A stretch of DNA of 64,000 nt from Klebsiella phage iPHaGe-KPN-11i. The DNA lies in the sequence record OR637327.1; one strand, 5' to 3'. Positions 45,043 to 53,644 of the stretch are shown here, in pieces. The notes below the pieces were generated by a model that saw only the letters and a program-made list of their open reading frames with translations, made no database searches and was not told where the DNA came from. Positions within the stretch are counted from its first letter, which is position 1. Each line of letters opens with the position of its first letter. The translations under genes and the position numbers were made by a program.

Positions 45043-47740
45043 ATTTTATCTATCCGTTGAGCAAATGGGCGATCACATCTACGAGCGCTTCATTGACTCT
45101 GAGGGACGCGAACAGGTTCGCAAAACAAAATATGCGCCTACAATGTTTCAACACGCTATGGCGGGTGTAGACTCGCCATATCGCGACATTTACGGCAAGA
45201 CCTGCATCAAAAAGAACTTCGAAAGCATCAAAGAAGCAAAAAACTGGATGCAGCGAATGAAAGATGTAGGCATGGAAGCGCTAGGCATGGATGATTTCAG
45301 GCTGGCGTATATATCCGATGCCTACAGAAAGGAAATCGAATACGACCGAGACAAGATCCGCATTGCTTCACTTGATATCGAAGTTACCGCGCCTGAATTC
45401 CCTGATCCCCGCGAAGCAAAATATGCTATCGACGCAATCACACACTATGACAGCGTTGAAGATAAATTCTTTGTGTACGATCTGGTCGAGGGCGGGTTAG
45501 ATGAATGGGTAGCGTCGAAAGTTGATACCGAAAACGAGATCAGCGAAGAAGACTTGAAGAAAATTGTTTACCGTTCATTCCAGACCGAAAAGTCGCTGTT
45601 GTCGGCTTATATCAAAGACTGGAAAGAGCGGACACCTGTTATTGTTACGGGCTGGAACTCAAACAAGTTCGATATTGCGTATATCATCACCCGTTACCTG
45701 AACATCTTCGGGCAAAACGTTGTTCGTCATTTCAGCCCGTTCGGGAAAGTGACTGCGAAGACAACAACCGACCATTACGGGAACGAACAACTGGGCTATG
45801 AGATTTACGGCGTTGCTCAAATGGATGGAATGGATCTCTATAAGAAATTCAGTTTCACCCCGCAACCGTCTTACTCTCTGGGTGCGATCGCTGAGTTCGA
45901 AACAGGTAAAAACAAAGTTGATTATGAAGGTTCGCTGTCTGAACTGCGTCAAGCGGATCACCAGAAATACATCACGTATAACATCGTTGACGTTATCCGC
46001 GTGTTGGATATCGACGGTAAACGCAACTTTATCGAACTGGTTCTGTCTGTAGCATACTACGCGAAAATCAACTTCCCTGGGGTTATGTCGCCGCTTAAAA
46101 CGTGGGACGCAATCATTTACAACTCTCTGCGTGAAGAGAAGAAAGTAATCCCAGAAAACAAACGCCATACTAAAACGCCGTATGATGGTGCATACGTTAA
46201 AGATCCGGTTGTCGCTCCATACCGTTACATTGTATCGTTCGACTTGACCAGCCTGTATCCATCTATCATCCGACAGGTGAATATAAGCCCTGAGACAATC
46301 GCTAACAGCTTTGCAGTGCGTCCGATGCATGAATACATCAATAAGACTGCGCCGCGTCCTAGCGACGAATTTAGCTGCTCTCCTAACGGGTGGATGTTCC
46401 GACGCGATGTTAAAGGCGTGATTCCGGTCGAGATCAAGAAAGTATTTGATCAGCGTAAGGCGTGGAAAAAACGAATGATGGCGGGTGAGCGAAATCTCGA
46501 ACTGATTAAGCACGAACTCGAACACCTGACAGACGCGCACAACCAAATGATCAACCCTGATTTCGAGTTCTACGAAGATTTCGGTGATGAATCAAAAGCT
46601 GTACTGAAAACGCTGTCTAAGCAAATGCTTAAAGCCGTGAAGAAAGTGTGTGAGAAGAAAATCGCACAGGCGAACACCGCACAGCTTAACCGTAAAATCA
46701 GTATCAACTCCCTTTATGGTGCGTTGGGTAACGAACATTTCCGTTACTTCGATATTCGAAACGCCAGTGCGATCACCATGTTCGGGCAGTTGGCTATTCA
46801 GTGGATTGAGCGTAAGGTTAACGAATACCTTAACGAACTGTGCAACACCACGGATTACGCATACGTGCGTTACTGTGACACCGACTCCATTTATGTTTGT
46901 ATGGACAACGTGATCGCGAAAGTCGGCGGTGAAAATAAGTTCAGGGATAACAACCATTGGGTTGACTTCCTGGATAAGTTCAGTAAAGAACGCATGGAAC
47001 CTATCATTGATAAGGGCTACCGAGAACTGTGCGAGTACATGAACAACGTCGAACACCTGATGTTTATGGATCGCGAAATCATTTCTGGACCACCTCTGGG
47101 ATCGAAAGGTCTGGGTAGTTTCTGGACGGCTAAGAAACGATATGCGGCTAACGTATGGGACTCCGAAGGAACCCGCTACGAGAAGCCTAAATTAAAGATC
47201 ATGGGAATGGAAACCCAGCGAAGCAGTACACCGACAGCGGTTAAAAAGTTCTTGAAAGAAGCGATCCGTCGCATCCTGCAAGAAGGTGAAGAATCCTTAC
47301 ACGAACACTTCAAAGTATTTGAAGAAGAGTATAAGGCGCTTGACTACCGAGAAATAGCTGGTGTATCATCTGCTAACAATATCTCAAAATATAATGATGG
47401 TGCTGGCTTCCCAATCAAAGGGACACCAAACCACATCAAAGGCGTTCTGTTCTTTAACCGCCATACGAAGGGTATTCAAGGAATCACCCCGATCATGGAA
47501 GGTGAAAAGGTGATGGTTCTGCCGTTGCGAGATAAAAACCCGTGGCAAGCTGATTGCATCGCATGGCAATCCGGTACGCGTTTACCAACTGAGATCGAAG
47601 AAGATATTTTGAAGTGGGTAGACTATGGCGGATTATTTGAAAAACATGTGGTTAGCCCGTTGCAAAACATCACGGAAGCCTGTAAAATTGATTACGAAAA
47701 ACGCGCATCCCTGAACACTCTGTTCGGTGATGACTGGTAA
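45035..47740 (+). CDS. 43: DNA polymerase gp43 (family B)
   Basis: MNEFYLSVEQ..., YISDAYRKEIEYDR, exo motifs, LTSLYPSIIRQVNISPETIA, YGDTDS and FMDREIISGPPLGSKG are collinear with T4 gp43; 901 aa, intact. Confidence 0.95.
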   Translation: MNEFYLSVEQMGDHIYERFIDSEGREQVRKTKYAPTMFQHAMAGVDSPYRDIYGKTCIKKNFESIKEAKNWMQRMKDVGMEALGMDDFRLAYISDAYRKEIEYDRDKIRIASLDIEVTAPEFPDPREAKYAIDAITHYDSVEDKFFVYDLVEGGLDEWVASKVDTENEISEEDLKKIVYRSFQTEKSLLSAYIKDWKERTPVIVTGWNSNKFDIAYIITRYLNIFGQNVVRHFSPFGKVTAKTTTDHYGNEQLGYEIYGVAQMDGMDLYKKFSFTPQPSYSLGAIAEFETGKNKVDYEGSLSELRQADHQKYITYNIVDVIRVLDIDGKRNFIELVLSVAYYAKINFPGVMSPLKTWDAIIYNSLREEKKVIPENKRHTKTPYDGAYVKDPVVAPYRYIVSFDLTSLYPSIIRQVNISPETIANSFAVRPMHEYINKTAPRPSDEFSCSPNGWMFRRDVKGVIPVEIKKVFDQRKAWKKRMMAGERNLELIKHELEHLTDAHNQMINPDFEFYEDFGDESKAVLKTLSKQMLKAVKKVCEKKIAQANTAQLNRKISINSLYGALGNEHFRYFDIRNASAITMFGQLAIQWIERKVNEYLNELCNTTDYAYVRYCDTDSIYVCMDNVIAKVGGENKFRDNNHWVDFLDKFSKERMEPIIDKGYRELCEYMNNVEHLMFMDREIISGPPLGSKGLGSFWTAKKRYAANVWDSEGTRYEKPKLKIMGMETQRSSTPTAVKKFLKEAIRRILQEGEESLHEHFKVFEEEYKALDYREIAGVSSANNISKYNDGAGFPIKGTPNHIKGVLFFNRHTKGIQGITPIMEGEKVMVLPLRDKNPWQADCIAWQSGTRLPTEIEEDILKWVDYGGLFEKHVVSPLQNITEACKIDYEKRASLNTLFGDDW

Positions 47741-47748
47741 GACCTGAC

Positions 47749-47768
47749 GGGGCAGAAATGCCCCATTT
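47749..47768 (+). terminator. hairpin after gene 43
   Basis: ggggcagaaatgcccc followed by atttat. Confidence 0.45.
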
Positions 47769-47793
47769 ATATAAATTTGTGAGGAATATATTA

Positions 47794-47820
47794 TGCGTGT
47801 ATATAAACCGGAAAAATAAA
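47794..47820 (+). CDS. 8-codon upstream ORF (MRVYKPEK) overlapping the uvsX start (TAAATG)
   Basis: atgcgtgtatataaaccggaaaaataa preceded by GAGGAAT; the T4-late-promoter-like TATATAAATT lies just upstream. Confidence 0.25.
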
Positions 47821-48968
47821 TGTCTAATAAAGCACTCCTGAAAAAACTGATCAAAAACTCGAATAGTCAATCTGCGTCAATTCTGTCTGAAAGCGATGTT
47901 TTCAATAACATCACCAAAACTCGAACCCGTGTACCGATCCTGAACCTGGCGCTGTCCGGCGCTTTCGATGGTGGTCTGACTTCCGGCTTAACTCTGTTTG
48001 CTGGCCCGTCAAAACACTTTAAATCGAATCTGGGGCTGGTGACGGTTGCGGCGTACCTCAAAGCGAATGAGGATGCTGTGTGTCTGTTCTACGATTCGGA
48101 GAAAGGCGTAACTAAGTCTTACCTGAAATCAATGGGCGTTGACCCCGATCGTGTGGTGTATACTCGTATCACGACAGTTGAGCAACTTCGAAATGACGTT
48201 GTGAGCCAGCTTAACGCGCTGGAACGTGGCGACAAAGTGATCATTTTCGTGGACTCTGTAGGCAACACCGCGAGTAAAAAAGAACTGGCTGATGCCCTGT
48301 CTGACAACGACAAACAGGACATGACCCGTGCTAAAGCACTTAAAGGTATGTTCCGTATGGTTACGCCTTACCTGGCGGATCTGGATATTCCGATGGTGTG
48401 TATCTGTCACACATACGACACACAAGAAATGTACAGTAAGAAAGTCATTTCCGGTGGTACTGGTCTGATGTATTCCGCAGATACCGCGATCATCCTGGGC
48501 AAACAACAGGTGAAAGAAGGTACGGAAGTTGTCGGTTATGACTTCATCATGAACATCGAGAAATCTCGCTTCGTGAAAGAGAAATCCAAATTCCCGCTTC
48601 ATGTTACCTATGAGGGCGGTATCAGTATGTTCTCTGGTCTTCTGGATCTGGCTATGGAAATGAACTTCGTTCAGACCGTAACGAAAGGCTGGCGCAACCG
48701 TGCTTTCCTGAATACCGAGACTGGCGAACTCGAAGTTGAAGATAAGAAATGGCGTGAAACGGAAACCAACTCGATCGAGTTCTGGAAACCTCTGTTCACT
48801 CACCAGCCATTCCTTGATGCGATTCAGGAAAAATACCGTATTCCTGATAAAGAGATCACTGACGGGGCAGCACTCGAAGATCTTTATTCCGACGATGTAG
48901 TAGAACCGTCAAATAAATTTGATCTCGATGACGATATCCCTGATGATGTGGATATGTCAGAAGAGTAA
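47820..48968 (+). CDS. uvsX: recombinase UvsX (RecA/Rad51 family)
   Basis: ILNLALSGAFDGGLTSGLTLFAGPSKHFKSN (Walker A), DAVCLFYDSE and VDSVGNTASKKE are collinear with T4 UvsX. Confidence 0.9.
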   Translation: MSNKALLKKLIKNSNSQSASILSESDVFNNITKTRTRVPILNLALSGAFDGGLTSGLTLFAGPSKHFKSNLGLVTVAAYLKANEDAVCLFYDSEKGVTKSYLKSMGVDPDRVVYTRITTVEQLRNDVVSQLNALERGDKVIIFVDSVGNTASKKELADALSDNDKQDMTRAKALKGMFRMVTPYLADLDIPMVCICHTYDTQEMYSKKVISGGTGLMYSADTAIILGKQQVKEGTEVVGYDFIMNIEKSRFVKEKSKFPLHVTYEGGISMFSGLLDLAMEMNFVQTVTKGWRNRAFLNTETGELEVEDKKWRETETNSIEFWKPLFTHQPFLDAIQEKYRIPDKEITDGAALEDLYSDDVVEPSNKFDLDDDIPDDVDMSEE

Positions 48969-48976
48969 TAAACAAC

Positions 48977-48996
48977 TGGGGGCTTTGCCCCCTTTT
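48977..48996 (+). terminator. rho-independent terminator after uvsX
   Basis: gggggctttgccccc followed by ttttaat. Confidence 0.55.
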
Positions 48997-49008
48997 AATA
49001 GGTGAATC

Positions 49009-49314
49009 ATGGACATTGAACAAAAAACAAAGAACATTCTTGATGAAGCAATGCAGGACGTTATTCAAGAACTGTTGATCAACGATGAAAACGATGTTGC
49101 ACACTTAGTGTACATCCATAAGGTGTATTGGGATAACGGCTTGAAAGTCGAATTCAGTACGCCGGACGAAGATAAAGAAAAACTGATTCCGCTGGTTCAC
49201 GATGCAATCTACGCGCAGATCAAGCCTAATCTCCCAAAGCCTGAAAAGACCTTATGGGCGGCGTTGAAAGTAAAGCTGTATAATTTCTTTCAGATGTTCG
49301 CTAATCTGGTTTAA
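49009..49314 (+). CDS. hypothetical protein in the gene-40 position (gp40-like by synteny)
   Basis: 101 aa between uvsX and gene 41. Confidence 0.35.
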   Translation: MDIEQKTKNILDEAMQDVIQELLINDENDVAHLVYIHKVYWDNGLKVEFSTPDEDKEKLIPLVHDAIYAQIKPNLPKPEKTLWAALKVKLYNFFQMFANLV

Positions 49315-49323
49315 GAGGTAATA

Positions 49324-50763
49324 ATGATCGTCGAAACAATATTTTCAAATCTGGTTTTTAATGGTACGTATTTTGTTCAGGCGTGGCCCCATTTACGCCG
49401 TGAATATTTCGAAGGGAACGCGCAGATTCTCTTTGATTTGATGGATAAGCACGTACAGGAATTCAACAGCATTCCTTCACAAACTGCTTTAGAAGTAGCT
49501 CTGGACAAAAAGAGCCTGAGTGATGTAGTCTACGAAGATACCAAAAAGATGATCCGCAGCATGAAAAATGCGCCGGAAGATCTGGAATGGTTGATGAAAG
49601 AAACGGAAACCTATTGTCGTGACAAGGCAATGTATCGCGCTCTGTCCCGTGCAATTGAGATCCAGGCGAATGCTGAAAAACCTGCTGGCGAACGCAACAA
49701 CAAAATCCCTGATGTTGGGGCAATCCCTGACATCATGGCGGAAGCGTTAGCGATTAGCTTCGATAGTTCGGTCGGTCATGATTACTTCGAAGACTATGAA
49801 AAACGCTGGATGCTTTACCAGTCCAAAGCGATGAAGATTCCGTTCAATATCCCGATCCTGAACGCCATTACCAAAGGCGGGGCGGAACGCGGTACACTGA
49901 ACATCTTAATGGCTGGTGTTAACGTTGGTAAATCTCTGGGGCTTTGTTCTCTCGCTGCTGATTACCTGCAATCAGGTAAAAACGTCCTGTATATCAGTAT
50001 GGAAATGGCTGAACACGTTTGTTCTAAACGTATTGACGCTAACCTGCTTGATGTTGCGATGGACGATATCGACAACGGGAACATTACCTATGCGGACTAT
50101 AAGAACCGTATGGAGCGCCTCAAACAGACGAAGGTCGGGCGTTTAATCGTTAAGCAATACCCAACAGCAGGGGCGAACGCGAACCACTTCAAAGCGCTGA
50201 TTAAAGAGCTTAAATTGAAGAAAAACTTCGTGCCTGATGTGATTATTGTTGACTACCTGGGGATCTGTGCTTCTACCCGTGTACGCGGGGCGGAAAATAC
50301 ATACATCCTGGTTAAAGCGATTGCCGAAGAACTTCGTGGTTTGGCTGTTGAAACAAATACCGTAATGTGGACTGGTGCGCAGACTACCCGCGCCGCGTGG
50401 GATGCTTCTGATATCAGCATGGGCGACGTTGCCGAATCTGCTGGTCTTCCGGCTACCGCTGACTTTATGTTAGCTGTGATCGAGACCGACGAGTTAGCTG
50501 ATCAGGGCTTGCAGTTGTTCAAGCAGATCAAATCCCGTTACGGCGATAAGAACCACTTTAACCACTTTAAACTCGAAGTGCGCAAGGGTAATCAACGCTG
50601 GATGGATACCGACAACAGCGATATCGGGTTCAAATCTGATTATAAAGGTCGTCAGATGCCGAAAACGCTTGAAGAAGCACAAGGTGCTATGGTAAAACAA
50701 GCTGAGACTAACCGAAGCAGTAAGTTAGCCGAAGTAGCAAACAGTACAGACATTCAATTTTAA
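49324..50763 (+). CDS. 41: replicative DNA helicase gp41 (DnaB-like)
   Basis: Walker A LNILMAGVNVGKS, DnaB-family motifs, 479 aa (T4 gp41 is 475 aa). Confidence 0.9.
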   Translation: MIVETIFSNLVFNGTYFVQAWPHLRREYFEGNAQILFDLMDKHVQEFNSIPSQTALEVALDKKSLSDVVYEDTKKMIRSMKNAPEDLEWLMKETETYCRDKAMYRALSRAIEIQANAEKPAGERNNKIPDVGAIPDIMAEALAISFDSSVGHDYFEDYEKRWMLYQSKAMKIPFNIPILNAITKGGAERGTLNILMAGVNVGKSLGLCSLAADYLQSGKNVLYISMEMAEHVCSKRIDANLLDVAMDDIDNGNITYADYKNRMERLKQTKVGRLIVKQYPTAGANANHFKALIKELKLKKNFVPDVIIVDYLGICASTRVRGAENTYILVKAIAEELRGLAVETNTVMWTGAQTTRAAWDASDISMGDVAESAGLPATADFMLAVIETDELADQGLQLFKQIKSRYGDKNHFNHFKLEVRKGNQRWMDTDNSDIGFKSDYKGRQMPKTLEEAQGAMVKQAETNRSSKLAEVANSTDIQF

Positions 50764-50796
50764 CGGGGCTTCGGCCCCAATCAAAGGTATAGTGAA

Positions 50797-51006
50797 ATGA
50801 AAAAGATTCTCGTTATTGTGTTCCTGATCCTCCTGTCTCTGAAACTGGCAGCAATCGGGGTTATGGCAAATGCTTCCTGGTGGCTTGTGTTTGCACCACT
50901 GATCGTGATCGGTGTGGTTAAACTGGCGGTGTGGGTGTTCATCATCGTAGCAATGGCAAATGTATTCCCTAAACTGTCTCTCTGGGTTGCAAAAAACCTA
51001 AAATAA
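50797..51006 (+). CDS. small membrane protein (2 TM)
   Basis: 69 aa, two hydrophobic helices. Confidence 0.45.
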   Translation: MKKILVIVFLILLSLKLAAIGVMANASWWLVFAPLIVIGVVKLAVWVFIIVAMANVFPKLSLWVAKNLK

Positions 51007-51019
51007 TTCGAAAAACTTG

Positions 51020-51047
51020 TTGACGGGAGTTCTGGTTGTGATAATAT
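51020..51047 (+). promoter_or_regulatory. sigma70-type promoter (TTGACG-16-TAATAT) embedded in inverted repeat ACGGGAGT...ACTCCCGT
   Basis: The perfect 8-bp inverted repeat brackets the spacer and -10, suggesting an operator. Confidence 0.5.
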
Positions 51048-51085
51048 GACTCCCGTAGACAACGAAACGGATTAGGAGATACCAA

Positions 51086-51340
51086 ATGAACTTACTGAAC
51101 AACCCATACGACGAAGTGATGAACCCAGAACTGGATTTCAGCGCGGGTTATTTCGATGCAGTAGTGAACAGCGTAGTAAACAGAGGTTTGCTGGTTGAAA
51201 TGCTGAAAAGTGGGAAAGCAGATGTTGAAGGTAGCGTTGATTTCCTCTGGGGCTTCCTCCCAATCGACCCAGAATTCAAACTCTGCTGTAACGAAGTTCA
51301 GGCAAAAAACGTTCTTCGGTATCTTATCAACAAAGCATAA
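51086..51340 (+). CDS. hypothetical protein
   Basis: 84 aa; SD GGAGATaccaaATG. Confidence 0.45.
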   Translation: MNLLNNPYDEVMNPELDFSAGYFDAVVNSVVNRGLLVEMLKSGKADVEGSVDFLWGFLPIDPEFKLCCNEVQAKNVLRYLINKA

Positions 51341-51345
51341 AAATT

Positions 51346-51368
51346 AAGCCCCGAAAGGGGCTTTTTTG
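51346..51368 (+). terminator. rho-independent terminator
   Basis: agccccgaaaggggct followed by tttttt. Confidence 0.65.
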
Positions 51369-51435
51369 TATCTATAGGTATTGCAATCCTTCTCGAAAGG
51401 TGATACCTTATTCTAAACAAACAAAGGAGGACATC

Positions 51436-51666
51436 ATGAAACTTGCAATCGCTTTTATCTTACTGGTTCTAAACGCACTTATGGGCTTTCCGTTCCCGTG
51501 GTTGGTGCTTCTGGCTATCCCGTTTGCCTGGAACCTGTTCAGAATCGGTTTAGCGGGTTGTGTTGGTGTCCTAATGCTTATCATCGGCGCTATCGGTGGC
51601 AAAGACGCTTTTATCGGTGTTTTGAAAGCCATGAAAGAGGGCGTTAAAGAAGGTTTAGTGAAATGA
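51436..51666 (+). CDS. small membrane protein (3 TM)
   Basis: ATG 51436 with AAGGAGG SD; hydrophobic throughout. Confidence 0.45.
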   Translation: MKLAIAFILLVLNALMGFPFPWLVLLAIPFAWNLFRIGLAGCVGVLMLIIGAIGGKDAFIGVLKAMKEGVKEGLVK

Positions 51667-52049
51667 GTGATTTATTAGATATGATACTTCCAGACGAAGA
51701 AGAACCGAAGTTCGAAAGTCCGTATCGTTCAGAATGGATCGTATCGGTTGACGACAAAGGCTATGTTGATATCATGCGCTGGCCTAATATTCATCCTGGC
51801 TATCTGGATGAAGGTATCAATGCGGAAATGCTGGGTATGCCTGAACAGGTTGAAGATCCTGCTGGGGTGTATAAGTGGATTTGCAGCCCGTGGGAAACCC
51901 GCGACTGGGAAAGCAATATTGTTGATGATTGGGGCTTTGATGTGGTAGAATCTACCCCTCTGTTCTTATTACCGGAAAAAGCCAATGGCGAAGTTAACGA
52001 AAGCGGAAACCAAACAGCACAACAAGATAATGGATCTGGTGGAGTCTGA
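51663..52049 (+). CDS. highly acidic hypothetical protein (possible DNA-mimic/anti-restriction)
   Basis: 128 aa, D/E- and W-rich; 3' end overlaps the methyltransferase gene in another frame. Confidence 0.45.
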   Translation: MSDLLDMILPDEEEPKFESPYRSEWIVSVDDKGYVDIMRWPNIHPGYLDEGINAEMLGMPEQVEDPAGVYKWICSPWETRDWESNIVDDWGFDVVESTPLFLLPEKANGEVNESGNQTAQQDNGSGGV

Positions 52050-52770
52050 CAAGGCGCTAACCTACGACGAAAAGTTATTCATTATCGAAAACTTCCATGA
52101 AGGTGCATTTACGAATAACTCTGAACTGGGCGCATTCTTTACCCCGATCGGACTTGCTCGCGATTTCACTATTGATGCTTGTACCAGTGGAAGCGTTGTT
52201 GACCTGTGCGCGGGTATTGGTGGGCTATCCTTCGCGATGCTTCACATGATGATGTACGCCAAACCGCGTGAAATCGTCTGTGTTGAGTTAAACCATACAT
52301 ACTATAAGTTGGGTAAGCGTATCGTACCGGAAGCGACCTGGATTAACGCAGACGCGTTAACGACGGAGTTTGATACTCTGTTTGATATGGCGATCAGCAA
52401 TCCACCTTTCGGTAAGATAAAGACATCCGATTTTAAGGGTAAGTATACGGGCGCGGAATTTGAATATAAAGTGATTGAACGTGCTTCACAGATTGCCCGT
52501 GCGGGTACGTTCATTCTCCCGCAGATGTCCGCGAATTTCCGTTACTCTGGACGGCGTTATTTCCAACAGGACGAATCAACGACAACATCGAAATGCAAAA
52601 AGTTTCTTGATGAAACTGGCCTTGAAATGCAACCTGGTTGCGGCATTGATACCGGATACTATCTGGAGGAATGGAAAGGCGTGAAGCCGATGTGTGAAGT
52701 TGTCTGTATGGAATTCCCTGAACCGGAGCCAGAACCCGCGCAAAACCTTTTCACTTTCACAATAGAGTAA
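51985..52770 (+). CDS. gamma-class N6-adenine (amino) methyltransferase, orphan
   Basis: Motif X GAFFTP, motif I VVDLCAGIGG and motif IV NPPFG in gamma-class order; no adjacent restriction endonuclease. Confidence 0.75.
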   Translation: MAKLTKAETKQHNKIMDLVESDKALTYDEKLFIIENFHEGAFTNNSELGAFFTPIGLARDFTIDACTSGSVVDLCAGIGGLSFAMLHMMMYAKPREIVCVELNHTYYKLGKRIVPEATWINADALTTEFDTLFDMAISNPPFGKIKTSDFKGKYTGAEFEYKVIERASQIARAGTFILPQMSANFRYSGRRYFQQDESTTTSKCKKFLDETGLEMQPGCGIDTGYYLEEWKGVKPMCEVVCMEFPEPEPEPAQNLFTFTIE

Positions 52771-52775
52771 AGACT

Positions 52776-53270
52776 ATGAGCGATCAATTAATCAAAAACA
52801 TGGATTTAACCTACAGTGTGCGAATGATTCGCCTACTGAAAAAACCCTGGACTGAATGGACGGCTTACAAGCTGGGGATCATCGACGGTCAAGGCGAAGT
52901 AATCAAGAACCCGAAGACGAAGGAAGAACTGGAAGCATATTCCCCGTTCCATCGCTCTGTAAGGCACATCAAGCGCCGTTTAAACGCGGTTCCTTATATG
53001 TCTGGGTTCATGAACCTTACGAGCGCGTATGACTCGCTACGGAACCGCTGGAACCTGACCGAGCAAGAGCACGAAGAAATCATGATGAACCTCCCAGAAC
53101 TTCGCGAAAGACTCAACGAAGAAATGGTTGCAGGTGATTCAGGCGGAAGTGTAGATAACATTGCTTCGGGTGTGACTACAGGCGCGATCACGAACAAAGG
53201 GCCGAAGGTTCTGGGTTCTACGCGTCCATATAAACGCAAACGGAAGATCATGAAAAATGATACGGAATGA
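52776..53270 (+). CDS. hypothetical protein
   Basis: 164 aa with basic C-terminal tail. Confidence 0.5.
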   Translation: MSDQLIKNMDLTYSVRMIRLLKKPWTEWTAYKLGIIDGQGEVIKNPKTKEELEAYSPFHRSVRHIKRRLNAVPYMSGFMNLTSAYDSLRNRWNLTEQEHEEIMMNLPELRERLNEEMVAGDSGGSVDNIASGVTTGAITNKGPKVLGSTRPYKRKRKIMKNDTE

Positions 53271-53414
53271 CCTTGAGCGGTTGCCTATTCGCGAAATCGA
53301 AAAGCGGATCGAGAACATGAAAGGCATTTTAGAAAAATATCCGTATATGCAGGGCATTGTCGTTTATATTGAACGGCTACGCGCTGCAAGGGCATCCAAG
53401 ATAGGAAGGAAGAA

Positions 53415-53636
53415 ATGAAACCATTACCGCCATTGAATTATCGGATCTGGGTTACTGCGAACAATTACACCTGGTTTCCGATCCGTATCAAGTACATGAG
53501 CGACACAGCGATCGTGTACACGAACGAAAGAAAATTTGCGCCGCGTGTCGATATTCCTAGACCTTATCCGTTTGATAAGATATTCTGTGAATGGAAAATC
53601 ACTTTAGACGGCACAGAGAAAGAAGTTAGCCGATAG
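53415..53636 (+). CDS. hypothetical protein
   Basis: 73 aa. Confidence 0.4.
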   Translation: MKPLPPLNYRIWVTANNYTWFPIRIKYMSDTAIVYTNERKFAPRVDIPRPYPFDKIFCEWKITLDGTEKEVSR

Positions 53637-53644
53637 AGGTAAAC

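Noticed and set aside
47741-47822. Initial idea that the phage has unmodified cytosine because 42/imm/beta-gt, alpha-gt and alc are missing
   Set aside because: An endonuclease II (denA) homolog and dCTPase gp56 are present, which argues for continued dC exclusion or modification. It is downgraded to an open question about where the modification genes are.
51663-52770. Calling the acidic ORF + methyltransferase overlap a definite programmed frameshift
   Set aside because: No slippery heptamer was seen at the overlap, and the methyltransferase has its own in-frame ATG at 51985. It is kept as a possibility only.
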